Positions 1-13,087 of a stretch of 64,000 nt of DNA are shown here, piece after piece. This stretch comes from Marsupella aquatica. Its lineage: Eukaryota; Plantae; Marchantiophyta. Every line of letters begins with the position of its first letter. Within the stretch, counting starts at the first letter, position 1. Below the pieces are notes generated by a model. That model saw nothing but the letters and a program-made list of their open reading frames with translations, searched no databases and was not told the origin of the DNA. The stretch spans positions 7,999,875 through 8,063,874 of the forward strand of contig OZ316891.1 of NCBI GenBank assembly GCA_973895155.1, written 5' to 3'. A program made the position numbers and the translations under genes.

Positions 1-184
1 TATTTGTCGACAAAATAGGGAGGTCAGATATATTCATACTTCGCCTTAATTTCACTCGAACTTGTTATTGTGTACAGTATGTCACTAGCATAAGCCATCA
101 TTAGCTGACTTGTGTGCTTATGGACTTGGTCATTCACTTATTACAGTAGTTGTGTTCTAATCATAAATTTGTAAAATCATGCAG

Positions 185-450
185 GATTTACAGTCATGGG
201 ATGCAAAGTGGACAAGCAAATTGAGTACATTGTGTCACCTGACGACCTGCCATGTCATTTTAGCTTGACTTCAAAATGGGATCCGGTGGCCAGTATCCCA
301 CATAGCAACTTTTCTTCTACAGATGCCCTTGGGAGACCACTTGTCAAGTCGGTTCCTGATGATCTCATGATATACGATTATTGCAAAGATTCCAAACGAT
401 ACCCAAAGCAACCTCCTGAGTGCAATAGAAATGAGCAACTTCTCAATTAG
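185..450 (+). CDS. Terminal exon of a xyloglucan endotransglucosylase/hydrolase (XTH, GH16)-like gene; upstream exons not identified in the window
   Basis: Acceptor catgcAG at 183-184, then GFTVMGC...DLMIYDYCKDSKRYPKQPPEC...*. The MIYDYCxDxKRxP..PPEC motif matches the XET C-terminal domain of plant XTHs. The donor at 23 does not join in frame, so the gene is partial or possibly a pseudogene. Confidence 0.6.
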
Positions 451-1410
451 TGATGAGGATTGAAAATAAGATTATGGGCTTGGATTTGGTGGATCCAAAT
501 CATTTGTGAGTCCCAACTTACACGATTGAAATTTCCCTCTGATACCTGTTGCATTCGTATATTTCATGTAAGCTTCACTTGTACGAAATTAGTCGGACTT
601 GGTAGGTTAAAATTATTGGCAGTCCCAACTTACACGATTAAACTTAGAATGGTTATCTAATGCATTCATTCATTCATTCTATGCAAGCTTCAATTGTGAC
701 GAATCTAATCAATAAATCATAGCTAATGGCCAAATCAAGCTCCTGTCTTCTTCATCTTGTGGTTGCAATAGAATTTACATCTCAAAGACTGAGTGATTGT
801 CCAAAAGTCCAGAATAACATCACTGGGGTTTTATTGCAATGCTAGACTAAAATTCTAGCTATTAGATAGAAGATATTAACAGTTTTTAAGTACTTTGCCA
901 CTATTTAAGAATATTTGTTTGTATTACAAAAATGTCAGGTTTCTTATATGAATGACAAGTTCACCAAGGTAACCAAAGAAACTATATACAAAAAAGTGTG
1001 GCATGTTTGTAAATAGAAATAAAACAGCGGGAGTGTAATAAATTCAGACATTTGTAGTGGAAAATGAAGTAGTCAAAGCTGAAGATATTAATACTTGAAT
1101 TTAAATCTTATGTTTTGATTACTTTCTGTTGATGAGGGGTAATAACTGGATTGCTTTCTCAGGGCACAAAGTCTTTACTGAGACACAACTGAGCTCTTAT
1201 AATTCCATAAGTTTCAACTTCAGACCAGAAATATAGAAAGAAACAATAGCACTAGCTTACTCAAAGGCACAGAGCAGCTCCAAAGCGGTTCACCAATGAC
1301 GTCATTGAAAGCTTACTGATATCTCCTTGAAGTAACTTGCCTCTTTCAATTTGATACTTCAAAAAAATGACTCCATCCAAAGCATTTTACTTCTTTTTAA
1401 ACCAGTCTTT

Positions 1411-1582
1411 TTATTTAGAATTTTTATGAATACATCCATCTAGCATTTTGAAGACAATCAATTTAAATAAAGGTGAATGTTATTTAGTCCCTAGCTTATT
1501 TAGAATTTTTATGAATACATCCATCTAGCATTTTGAAGACAATCAATTTAAATAAAGGTGAGTGTTATTTAGTCCCTAGCTT
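1411..1582. repeat. Tandem duplication, 2 x 85 bp
   Basis: ttatttagaatttttatg...tccctagc starts at 1411 and again at 1496, with one substitution (gaat/gagt). Confidence 0.95.
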
Positions 1583-1729
1583 GCTTCTCCGGCCAAGCAC
1601 TGAATTTTTTATCAAATGTGCATATGTGCATGAGTTCATCTGATTCGGATGCTGGAATAGGATCCATTGCATAGGTATACATGTGACTGCGCACGAGTGA
1701 TTAGGTGCGGCCAGGATGGCATCTAAGAA

Positions 1730-2085
1730 CCCGGTTTAACCTGACGGGCACCTTGACGTCTTGCCGGGCACGTCAAATCATCAAATGACGGCCCGAAAAC
1801 AACCAATTTGACGGATATTCAATAAGAGTCTCCCGAACTCACCCGAACTTGAACCCCCCCCCCCCCCCGGACCGCCTCTCCCCGGCCAGACCCCGAACCC
1901 GAACTTCCCCCCCCCCCCCCCTGGGCCGCCCCCAAACCCAAACCCGAACCCGGACAGCCCCCCCTGGACCCACCCACCCCCCCCCCCGAACCCCAACCCC
2001 CCCCCCAACTACTCCCGAGCCCGGGTGCCAGGTTGCCAATTTGCCGGCCATTTTCGCCCAGTTTGACGGGCAAGGTCAAACCGGG
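1730..2085. mobile_element. Non-autonomous DNA transposon (MITE) with 8-bp TSD, hAT-like by TSD length, with a poly-C-rich core
   Basis: TIRs cccggtttaacct / aggtcaaaccggg (12/13 match). Exact 8-bp direct repeat tctaagaa at 1722-1729 and 2086-2093. Subterminal tgacgg motifs; internal C-runs alternate with cccgaac units. Confidence 0.8.
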
Positions 2086-2810
2086 TCTAAGAATGATAGA
2101 ACTGTTGGACATTATGGCTATACTAATAAATGTTTTATGTAAATTGAATTTATACTATGTCAGACAGGTCACCTCGCAGAAAGCTTGACTATGTGCTCTG
2201 CTGGAGGTGCCTTGCCTGAGATTGTGAAAGTGCTGGATGGTCCACGGTCCAGCAAACATTGTCGCCTGTGGCACTCCTGGCAGGGATGTCAATGAGAGAC
2301 CCTCCTTGCTGTTTTTCTTAAGCATCTTCACAGAAAAATAGCCTTGAGCCATTTGAGGCCAACATGGGGGTCTTATTATATGGATGTCTCTCCCATCACC
2401 TGCGACGTTTTTAGGCCTCGGACCCCCTAAATGTAAGAAAAAAATATTATTTTTGATCCTTTATGAAGTTGGAATATTCTTGGAATATTTCAAAAATTGG
2501 GTTAAAAAGGCCTCAATGTTCTTATAAGTTTCAAAATTGGATTTAAAAGACTCTATTGCATGTTCGTTTGAGAATATTCTTCAGTCTTCATTTCGAACCA
2601 ATAAAATGACCATATCTTTTGTCACACGTGATATGCCATTTTTGTGGAAGTGAAACCCCCGAGAGGCCAACCATTGTCAATGGGGCTCTTGAATAGATGC
2701 CGGAGTACATGCCCTGATGTGTTCAAGGCCCCGCTCGCACCCCAACCCCATTCCTCCCATCCCTTTTGAAACCTGCTTAAGTATATCCATTCATTCTTTC
2801 AGCCTGTCAC

Positions 2811-2870
2811 ATTGCTAGGTTGTTGTCAAAGGCGACATTTAAATTGCTAGGTCGTTGTCAAAGGCGACAT
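2811..2870. repeat. Tandem duplication, 2 x ~32 bp
   Basis: attgctaggt(t/c)gttgtcaaaggcgacat occurs twice in tandem. Confidence 0.85.
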
Positions 2871-5800
2871 CCCTGTACTGAAGAACTTCCTTCATCATAC
2901 CTGCATTATTGAAGCATTGCATTAAGTAGTTGGGTTACTAGATTAGCAAATCCCCCGGGGCAAATCCATAGGAACAACAAAGACCTTCATTAAGTGGTGC
3001 TCACCAGTAGTGAGCTTCTTTCCAGAGTGGCCTTGGAAGTCTACGCAGAACATCCTGGCTTCTCTACAACTCTCTTGCCCTGATGCGCTTTCCAATGCAA
3101 AGTCAATGTACACCCATCAGCAGGATGAAATATTCAGGTTGTGTCATCTTTGTGTGTCGTCATTCTATGAGACAATGCGGAAGTTTCATCTCTTGACCAT
3201 GTTCAGGCAAAGCACCGTGCACAGGAATTCATCCTTTTTCTAGTGCCAAATTATTTCATTCATGGGTTACTTTCATGCACTTTGGCCGCCTAACCATAAC
3301 CATTTTTAGTGGATTACCATATGTCTAACCATTTTGGAGAAATAGGCATATGACACTTGATAGGTACCAAATGTAGGTGTTAGGTATTCAACAAGATATA
3401 TCCCTGATGGGACCTTTAGAGCATCCGCATCAGCGCCCTGCATTGGGCTCGGTGCTTGTAAAATGTAGGTTTGGGGGACTGGCCAGAAAAAAAGCGTTTT
3501 GCACTGATCAGTATCCCTAAAAAGTTTCCAGGCCTCGGAAAAATTGAAATGCAGGCCGCCAATCTTGTCAGTTTTGGGGGAAGCCAAAATCATTTTGGGG
3601 GGCTGGCAAAATGCATCCACGGCTAGGGTGCTGCCAGATGTTGGCATCTGAACGCCAGAAAAGGTACCTTGTGTCTTCCACATGTTGTCATCTGCCATAT
3701 TTGTTAATGGACATTGCTTCTCATGTGAGTATAGTTGCACAAGAAGCTCATGCCCATTGATCTTTTGAATTTTCTGCACTCTACCACTTCAACTGCCCAT
3801 TGTACTGCCCCATTGCCCATTGATTTGAATTCTCTGCCCTTTGCCTTCTTCATGAAATTGTATTTGTCCTCCAAATCAGCCAAATTTGTCCTCCAGCCTC
3901 CATGCCTCCAAAGCCTCCTGGTCCATCGGTGATATCATTGTGAGACTACACATACTGTGCCCTCTCAATTGTGCTCTGCTACAAGTGTGGCTGAATTGAT
4001 CAATGTGCTTCAGGTGAGGCTTTGTGTTCAATGTCAATGAGCTTTGGGTTTAGTGTCGACAAGCTTTGTGTTTGACGGATCCCATAGAAATTTTTGCAAC
4101 AAAACAAGTTTGAACTAGTGCTAAGCAAGTTTGAACTCAAGTTGTTGGTATTTGGCAGCCCATATGGTGGGCACTGGTGTGGACGTACATTAGTTTGGGT
4201 CAGGGAGGCTTATTCAGGCCTGCATTTTGGCCCTTTAATTTTCTGTAAGCCATCCCCACTCCCTCAATCTGTGGAGATGCTCTTAGTTGGCAGAGTTTTT
4301 ACCTCAAAGGACAATATGAAACTTTTCTTACCAAATAGGACCCATATGACACTTTTCTGTCATAGGTTCTTGTAGTACTTCCTAAAACCAGTGTTTGCTT
4401 GATACATTGACCAACAACAGCTAGTGTGATGTTTATAGCCCAACCTTGGACAGTTGAGTGACACAGTTGGGGAGAAACACAGATTGAATAGTGACTGCCG
4501 CCACCCAAACTGCAATTTGACTTAAGTGACGACAATATTGTTAATGTCTTCTAGTTTGAATTTTTAGTGTATTATCATTTTCATTAGATTCATTTTCAAG
4601 CAAGCTTCTGCATGGGGTTTTCACGATGTTTCCAACATTTTTTGATGTGCAAGTGTCAATGCGTGCGTACCGTAAGGGAGGAGGAGATGTGCGTATGCAA
4701 TTGCAAAGGGTCAGAGTCCTGGGATTTACCACACTTGGGAGGAGGCAGAGGCTAAGGTGACTGATTTCAGTGGAGAAAATCATAAGTCCTTCAGGTCCTA
4801 CTTGGAAGTTGAGATATGGCTATACTGTCGGTTCAATGCAATGGGTGCACAGTGGAGCGCTCCTAATAGAATCAATGAGCATAGGGTGAATGTTAAATTG
4901 GTTGGATTAGATGAGTTTGATCATCAAGTATTCAAGTACATGGCACTTGTGACATTTTCTGCAGCAATGAACACTTGACGTAGGTGATGATGGGTACATT
5001 CAAGTTAGGATTTGCCACATTGTCACTCGTTGCAGACTAGGTAGAGGCTACGAGGAGGCTTGCAAGAAGTGCAAAATAATGTAGTTTTGCAAATTTTATG
5101 GTGTACAATTTTGGTGTACTCCACAATTTTGAATTTAAGAATTTTGGAAATTTGCAATCGTCACATTTATGGAGGACTGTCCGTGTATAGTGTGTACTCA
5201 GTACTTTTACTTTGGCAAATCTCTGCATGCATGGAATTGCATTCATTTCCTAAGTGTTTGCTTAACATCAATTGTATTCCATTTCAATTGCCAGGGGTCG
5301 CTCATGGTTTAGCAACAAATTGTGCTAAGTTCTGCCCCGGGATCGTTGGCCCTACTCGGGGCCCTACTTCAACGGGGTCTGCTACCCCATGGCTGCTTCC
5401 AACCATCCAAGTGTTGAGCAAAGACTTCCGCGCGCTAGCCAAGCCTGAATTGCATAAGGATAAAGAAAACTAAATCAACTACTTTCAGTATGCCCCTGCC
5501 CCACATTTTAAGTCTTTCCAAGCAACTAAGGTGAACTAAGGTGTATCACGCACATGGTCCTCAACCATCAAAGCCCCCACATTAGGGACTAACTGTGAAA
5601 TGGGATTTGGTGCGCGTGCATTGTTGTATGAGGTGCCTTTTGTGGTGGATTACATAGTTAGGCTCCATACAAGAACATGCTGTATGGCTCAACAAGACAG
5701 GTCTTAGTTGGTAATAAAAGTTTTATAGGCTCTCATGAGGTAAAAAGGGTTCTGCCAAGGGTCTCATCAGGCATATACCTCAGTATTCAACTCAAATGAT

Positions 5801-7172
5801 CACCCTAACTTTGAGTTTGTAGCCCAATAATTATCAAATTAATGGTGATTTCTATGTATGGTTATGAGACTGGAGTATTCTTGCAATGATTATATAAGCG
5901 TGAATATTTAAGACACTTGAGTTTTCTGAAGTGGCTGTAAATATTCACATAAATAATTACATTTTTCAAACTCAGCCTGAGAAAATAGGTAAGGAAATGG
6001 CATGAACTCACACAATTTTTTACTCTAGATAGACTCTTTATTCAATGTGACTTATGACCTGTTGAAGGATAGAATGGTCCTATTGGAAGCTAAGTGTCCT
6101 TTAAATTAAAAATAGAATAGAATTTAGAATGATCCATAAGGTCTCTTGGCTCCTTTGACTTCAGATTTTAGAGTGGGATAGGAGGTAATAGCTTGGAGTT
6201 TAATGTGTGATGTGCCTTTGATGTGAAAACATTGATTAGAGATCCGCATTTTGGGCACAACCAGTCATGCAATAGCTTCATTTTCTCTAGGAGATTTAGT
6301 AGTGCCTTATGGACACCCTTGTTAATTGGAAGCCCAAATTAATGGTACATGCATGTGAAGCATCAATGTGATTAGGATTATATTTTCAAACATTCTCATT
6401 GTCAAAGTGTTGTGTAGAAGGTCTCTGACTATACAAACTTGAGGTGACCATTCACTGTTGAGAGAGATGTTTTCCTAAAGTCTCCATTATCATCCATATC
6501 TACCAGTCAATGATTTTTTCTTCCTTCACCCACCCTCCTCCTAGCTTTCTTTAGTCTTCTTTCCATTATTTACCACAACTGTAGAGAATGCCCTTGTTTA
6601 GTTCAACTGAAAATAAAATCATCAACTTGTGATGATTGTGAGAGAGGGTTATGAGCTCTCCGGGTGAAATTTTTAAGATCATTTCAACAATTCCTGTGCA
6701 TGAATGTTATTGATGCAAACTTCAAATTAAACGTTGTAGCACATAAGGTGTTATCACAAGATATAATTTATAAGGTAATTGTGAGGGGTGGACTAAGACT
6801 AGCAGCAGCAATGGAGTTAGTAAGCAAATTCTGTAATTTTGATGAAACTAGGGAATGTGAAAATAGATGGCCCCAGGAAATGATGCTCCCAGCTTATTAG
6901 GTTTCCCAAAGTCAAATTCTCATCCTTTGATTGCCATCACTTGATTCATCTGTTTTATGAGAATTGAGATAGAATCTATAAAGCTATATAGTACTAGGCA
7001 TAGCGACACAGAACTGAGAACTGATGAAAGTAACCTTCACTCAAACATAATGGTAGCCCTATCCGCTGGCTAACCTGGACATATCAAATTGCACAACTCT
7101 GCAACTGACTGAAGGAGAACAGGACCAAGTTACATTGACTTATATATATCATTGGCAACAAGTGAAATAAGA

Positions 7173-10100
7173 ATGGAGTATCAGGTATCAAATCATTGAG
7201 CTGCCTGTGACCTCTCTAGCTCCACACAAAACCTTTTAATTGCTGAATATTTGTCACCTAAAAAATCTTTCATATTGTGTTTTGCTTCTTGAATTCAAAA
7301 CTGAGAATTGAATGGTGTTCTACTAAAGTTTGTTTTTATTGGTTGGGAGCTTGGGTAGGAGTTACTATGGATGGCGCCCGATAAAGTAGGAGTGTTGAAG
7401 AGGATGCACATTGGAGAACAAACCAACTCATGGCAAACACGCCAATTTGTGGTCAAGGACAATTTTCTCTTCTACTTCAAAATACCTTCAGAAGAATATT
7501 CTGAGGTATGTTCAATTTGGAACTGACTTAGAGTTTTTTTCTGTTGCTTGCTAACCTTATCTAATTACATATCACAAAGTTGGTTCATGCACTATACTCC
7601 ACGACGTTCTGGTAACATGTTGGAAAGCTCTTCTTCAAGTATCTATAATTCTTAGTACAAATTTGATATAGAGGTTACATACATCAATTTTAGAATATCT
7701 GTCAAATTGACAAAAAATTAAGTTGATGTTATTTTAGTAACTTTTAACATAGATCTCATGGTTGAAGAGAGATTGTGAAGATCCAGAGGCAGTTCTACCT
7801 CTAAAGGCATGCAAAGTGGAAATCTCACCAATAACAGTTCAGTGCTATGCGGGAGACACACCACCTGCTGTCGTCTTTGTGATTTTTCTTCCGGACAGTT
7901 TGGTCAAAAGGGGTGTTATTGAACGTAACACATATTTTCTGGGCTGTGAAAGCTTTGGCGAATGCAGATCTTGGATGAGTAATACCTCATCTCCTTTGCT
8001 CCCAAATTTTAAGCTAGTAAACATTGTTCTCTCTCATCCAAATCTTTATGGATTTCTCCATAATTGAAGAAAACAGAATTAATGAAGCATTTTGCGCTAT
8101 AATTCTCATAATTCAGTGAAGAATTCAAATTGCAGAAGCTATAAAGTGTGCAGCAAGATCAAAACGAGCCACAAAGGCACAACTACAACATGCAAAAATG
8201 GAGGTAACAACTCAAGAACGTCCCTAGTACTGATACTGTTCAGAATGTGTTATAGTACCTTAACCCAGTTCTTAACAACGTAAGACCCATTGCAATGAAA
8301 ACAAAGACCTATTTTCTTTTTGGATCATATTTTAGTATTGAAGTATGCTTACATCTCTGAGCAACACTAAGTAATTGAAAACTTGAGAGTGTTTGTCAAA
8401 TGACAAACTTGACAATTTTCAATAACAGTTTAAGATAACAGGAAAACATTTATGAGTTTTCTCATAAAAGGGAAAGATAGATGTTACTCTCCGAGTTCTT
8501 CACAAAGTCAAAGGTGGCAGGAAAGCTAAAGAGTTCTATTATTGAATGTTGATACTGACGCTTGGATGATGTTTCACATAAATTTGGCAAGAACTCTTAA
8601 GTGAGATGGAACTTGATACCGTTAAAAGATTTATCATCTTAACCACTCTATAAATGATAAGTGGGTGGTGTTATCTTCGTTACATCAGCTGTTGTCTTAG
8701 ATGTCCCTAGAATATATATTGTAAAATTTACGTATACAACTTTCTTATGAATGATAGCGGTCAGAGTAGCAATAATCGCACAGAACTTTTGAGTTCTAGA
8801 GAATTATATTGGCAAGATTCAATTAAATTGCTAGTGACTGTTGCTAACTGTGCCGTCCTTCTTATTGATGGACTGTAAATATATGGAGTTTTAGCTCTTG
8901 GATTTGAGGAAACAAATGAGTATGTGTGGTGCACCCAAACCCAGGGATTACCCTACACTTCAAAAACAGGTGGATTATCCTCTTTGTATTTAAAGTTTGA
9001 ATGGATGCCCTTTTTTAACTAGAAGATGTCTTGATTGGAAACTTATGTGCATATGCATAATTTTGTATCTAAGTACTCTCAAGACTGTCACATTTTTCCA
9101 TCATAAAATTTCCATAATTAAGTGAGCTCAGATATTCAGGATATTAAGAAAGCTCAAGGACATATTGAGTAGTAAAACAACCAATTACAAATTTGGCTCG
9201 TGAATCATTAATGAGCTCCTGGGTCTTCTATTCTTCCTTTTCTATTATTTTAAAAGACATTTCTTATTTTTTCTGCCATGCTAAATCACAACTTTCCAGG
9301 CAGATTTTCCAAAAAATTGAGGGGCAACTTAGGATAAAAGTACTGTAAGTTCTGTATTGCAGAGTGCTGCTGCCATAGCAACCTACGAGGATTCAGTGTT
9401 GTTACAAGCATTATCAGATGATCTTATGATCCACTATTCTCTTCTCCAATTTGAAAAAGAGGCATGGATCATTTGTGATTTAGAGTGGGGTACTATTTCT
9501 ACTTCCATCAATTACATTGGTATGGAATATATCACCAGTTACATTTAAGAACCACAAGAACCCAAATTCGATGTGTTCATTCATTATTGGGAAGCATATC
9601 CTTTGATGTGTAAAATTGTTTACTTGGCAGAATCTTGATATTTCTACCAAAAGGAGACAACTAGCAATGGACCAAACACATAAACTAAATATGTTGAATA
9701 CAATGTAAGACTCACCTGAATTCCTTGAAACTTGCCTAATTCTGCCTTCTATGACTGAATGGCACCCTTGGTCATGGCTGGGTAGCTTTCTTTCATGACT
9801 TGCAAAAATCCTCAACATATTCTTAGATTGTCATAAGCCAAAGTTCCATGCTTCTCAAATCTCATCTCAAATTATAGCTGAATATCTTGACCTGACAATA
9901 ATTGAGATAGATCCAAGAACTGAATACATGCTTGCTTCCCACTTTGTACATCATTCTTTCTTACTAACAGCCAGAACCTAGATTACGTAAAGCATGCAGT
10001 ATTAATTTTCAAGGAAAGTCTATTGATAGTGAATCTCATCGGCTCAAATAAGATTGGGTATGATCCTAATCAGATTGACTCAAGAGATGGCGGGACACAA

Positions 10101-13087
10101 ACGAATGAAATCTCTCAAAGATGGTTAACATATTCCCAACGTCTTTTCCCTGTTTATACTCAATATGTTGGATGGAATGGTTGAGTGGAAAGTAACATGG
10201 CATATCCCTCCCGCCAAGTTGTCAAACGTATCAAAAAATAATTATGTTAGAAAGATGAAACGAAGATGTTGAGAAAATACTCAAAAATATTGTTGACTCC
10301 TTTTCCATATTCCTAGGACCTTCCTTGCTTTAGTTCATGCAATTGAAAAGTGTCTTTCTTTGGCATCATACTGTTGGTTCTGAAATAACCTATCTAACAA
10401 CCAGTCTAACAGTAGTTGAAAAACATATAACACTTTTGATCTGTGTAGCTTTGAGTGCTTGTGGAACCAAAATGGACCAACTCATTCCTAAACGGCTGCT
10501 GTTGCAATCACTACATGACCTGGTTAACTGTTTTACAACTTATTTTACACCTATTGGCTTACAAACGCACAATGACTCTTCTTAATGTTGTATCCTTCCC
10601 TTTTTTTGGTAATAAGCAAAAAACTGAGTTTGGAATTATTGGTGGTAACAGAGTGATAATAATGTGGTCACAGATTCGTCATGGGAAAAGCGTCATGCTT
10701 ATACTAAATGGATGAAATAATGTATGTTGTACCTTGTGTTAATTAAAATTAATAATACTCTTAATCTTGAAAACTAATGCAAACGACTGTGTTCATGGCT
10801 TGTTCTCTTGTACGTAGGTAGAGGTTCTTCAAGGTCACCACGAAGGAGGAGGTACACTACCATCATTGTTACAGGTAGAAGTCATGTTATTGAAGATCAT
10901 GGATGACCTCACCGAATTGGAGGTCAAGTTAACCATTGCCTTACTTTCGTGTAACTTAATTCATCCTTGTGCAATCGATGCAATTAATCAAGCCCTCTTA
11001 AGTCAAGAGGGATGTACAATGCTCATGGTCATTGACTCATTGGAGTGACCCTATTTTTGTAAATTTAAGTTTTGCTAATTACTATACTGATCATTCCAAG
11101 GGTCTCACTTTCACCAAATTGGCAGCTCGTCCCAGGGTTAAACTACCATTGGCCATATAAAAGGAGAAGTATCCAAAATTTCTCTCTTTTCCACATTCTT
11201 CTCCTCTAGTGTGAAACTTTGCTCCACATTTCAGAAAAAATATACTAAAAATGGTGAAACCTGGTGGATCCAGGTTTTGTGATGGACTGTGATGTTTAAG
11301 GTCAAATTGGAATGACCCTATTTTGTAAATTTGAGATTTGCTAATTACTATCTTGAACCAAAAACCAAAATGGCACTACAAAACGTAGTGTCATTTTATT
11401 CTTTTCAAGGGAAGACCTCACATTTTCTGTTTAAGATCATTACCGTATTTCAATCCAATACTTTTACATTTATTACAAAAGACAGCATTTTTAAACCATT
11501 TTAAAAAAGTATTCCAGCATTATACTATACTAGTACTCTGAGTAAAATAATAATAAAATCTTAAGTTTGAGGGTGCACTTAACTTAAAAAGTTGCAGCTG
11601 GTGTGGGGGGCTCCATATAGTGAGACCCCAAGCTTACTATAAATTAATGCAAAACACATTTTGATGTGGCGCCCTAATTAGGTGGTGATGTGTCTCCACC
11701 TTCTTCAACATTCCCCGAACATTTCTTCCTCTACATTGAACTAGTTTCTGGACCCTTGCTTTAATGTTTGCGAGGAAACTAATACATATTCTCTCAAAAG
11801 GTTGTTGGAGCTTGTTTTCCATGCCTCGTTCCACGTCTGCCTTAAGCACCATGGATGTAAATCAAGTAGAACTATGTTGTACCTTATTATGTAGGCCTTG
11901 ATGTCATCTGGTGGCACTTCAAGCCAAACATTTCCAATAACAGCAAGACGAGGTCACAGTCAAGCTCATGAATTGGCTCAACAAATAAAAGGCTTGATCT
12001 AAAATAACGACGTTGATCATGTTTTTGTGTTGGGCCATTGTTAGCAGTTGAATGAGAGAATTATAGAATGAAAGAACAGCTGACTAACTTAAGATACCAT
12101 CTGTTTAAAGTGCATACTGTTAATTATCACAATTTTATCTCATTTGTTAATCTAAGAAATCCAACGACAAAATCTCTCCTTGTGATTGTTGTGCACTGTC
12201 ATTCACTGTCCTCTTTGTTAGCAAATGATTGATTGAATGTATTGTTCAATCAGATTGAATGGCTAGATTTAGTCATTGTTGTATGTTTGTTAGGTAAATC
12301 AGTGTTATATATATAGAGAGAGAAATAATTTATGAGAATTAAAAAACTTGTAAATAACATGGTGACAAGCAATTACATTTTTGCCTTCACTCTTTGTTAT
12401 TTGGCGTGTTACTTTTTAATTTTCTTAAGTTTTTACCGTCCTAACCTTGGGTCTAACCATTTTTACTGGAGTGGGGACAACACTATTGGTTGGATTGTCA
12501 TTTGTATTTGTGGTGGAAAGTGTCCGGGGAAAGTGCTGAAATAGTGCCACCACGAGCCAGGAACTTTTCAAGAGACTTGTCATGTGGGTTCATAACAATT
12601 TATGATTGATAACAAAGTCTAATGTTTGTCCGAAGAAAGTCTATATTTTGTATGTATTTTGGATTGATAATAAGTTTCTAGATAATGCCTAAACTTGTAA
12701 TATAACCTATGATATGTTCCACAGGATGATGATGCAAAAGAGAATGGTGACAAAGAGCTTGTAGATGAAGAAAGTGTAAACGAGTTATTTGACCAAATAA
12801 TTCCTTTCCAAGATGCTGACAGGCACTTGATGGCTACTATTATACCTTTTGATGAAATCAAAGATGTACCTGGTGAAAACAAAACAAAACGCCTTGACAT
12901 AATTGCAAAAACCGGTCTATCTCCTCTCGGTGAAATTGAAGACACACTTGGAGAAGAGGAAAAGGATGAAAATACAGAAATAAATGAGGATACAGGACAG
13001 ATGTTAAAAATGAGGATAAGCTTCTTTGAACAAACACCAGGGAAATTAGATCATTCCTTTTATATCAGCCAAAGTATGGAGAAGTAG
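7173..13087 (+). CDS. Pleckstrin-homology (PH) domain protein, 11 exons, ~458 aa: N-terminal PH domain, helical middle region, acidic C-terminus
   Basis: Exons assembled by hand with consistent phases: 7173-7184, 7359-7505, 7753-7978, 8136-8203, 9363-9461 (GC donor), 9631-9704, 9971-10123, 10317-10372, 10449-10522, 10818-10922, 12725-13087. PH signature: DKVGVLKR..NSWQTRQFVVKDNFLFYFK..PEAVLPLKACKV..FVIF..RNTYFLGCESFGECRSWMKAIKCAA. Confidence 0.8.

Noticed and set aside
1781-2142. Gly-rich and Pro-rich (extensin-like) ORFs
   Set aside because: They are translations of the poly-C core of a TIR/TSD-bounded MITE.
11637-11852. Tc1/mariner transposase C-terminus in a PH-gene intron
   Set aside because: Only a vague resemblance (ARVQKLVQCRG); no SPDLNPIE motif or TIRs identified.
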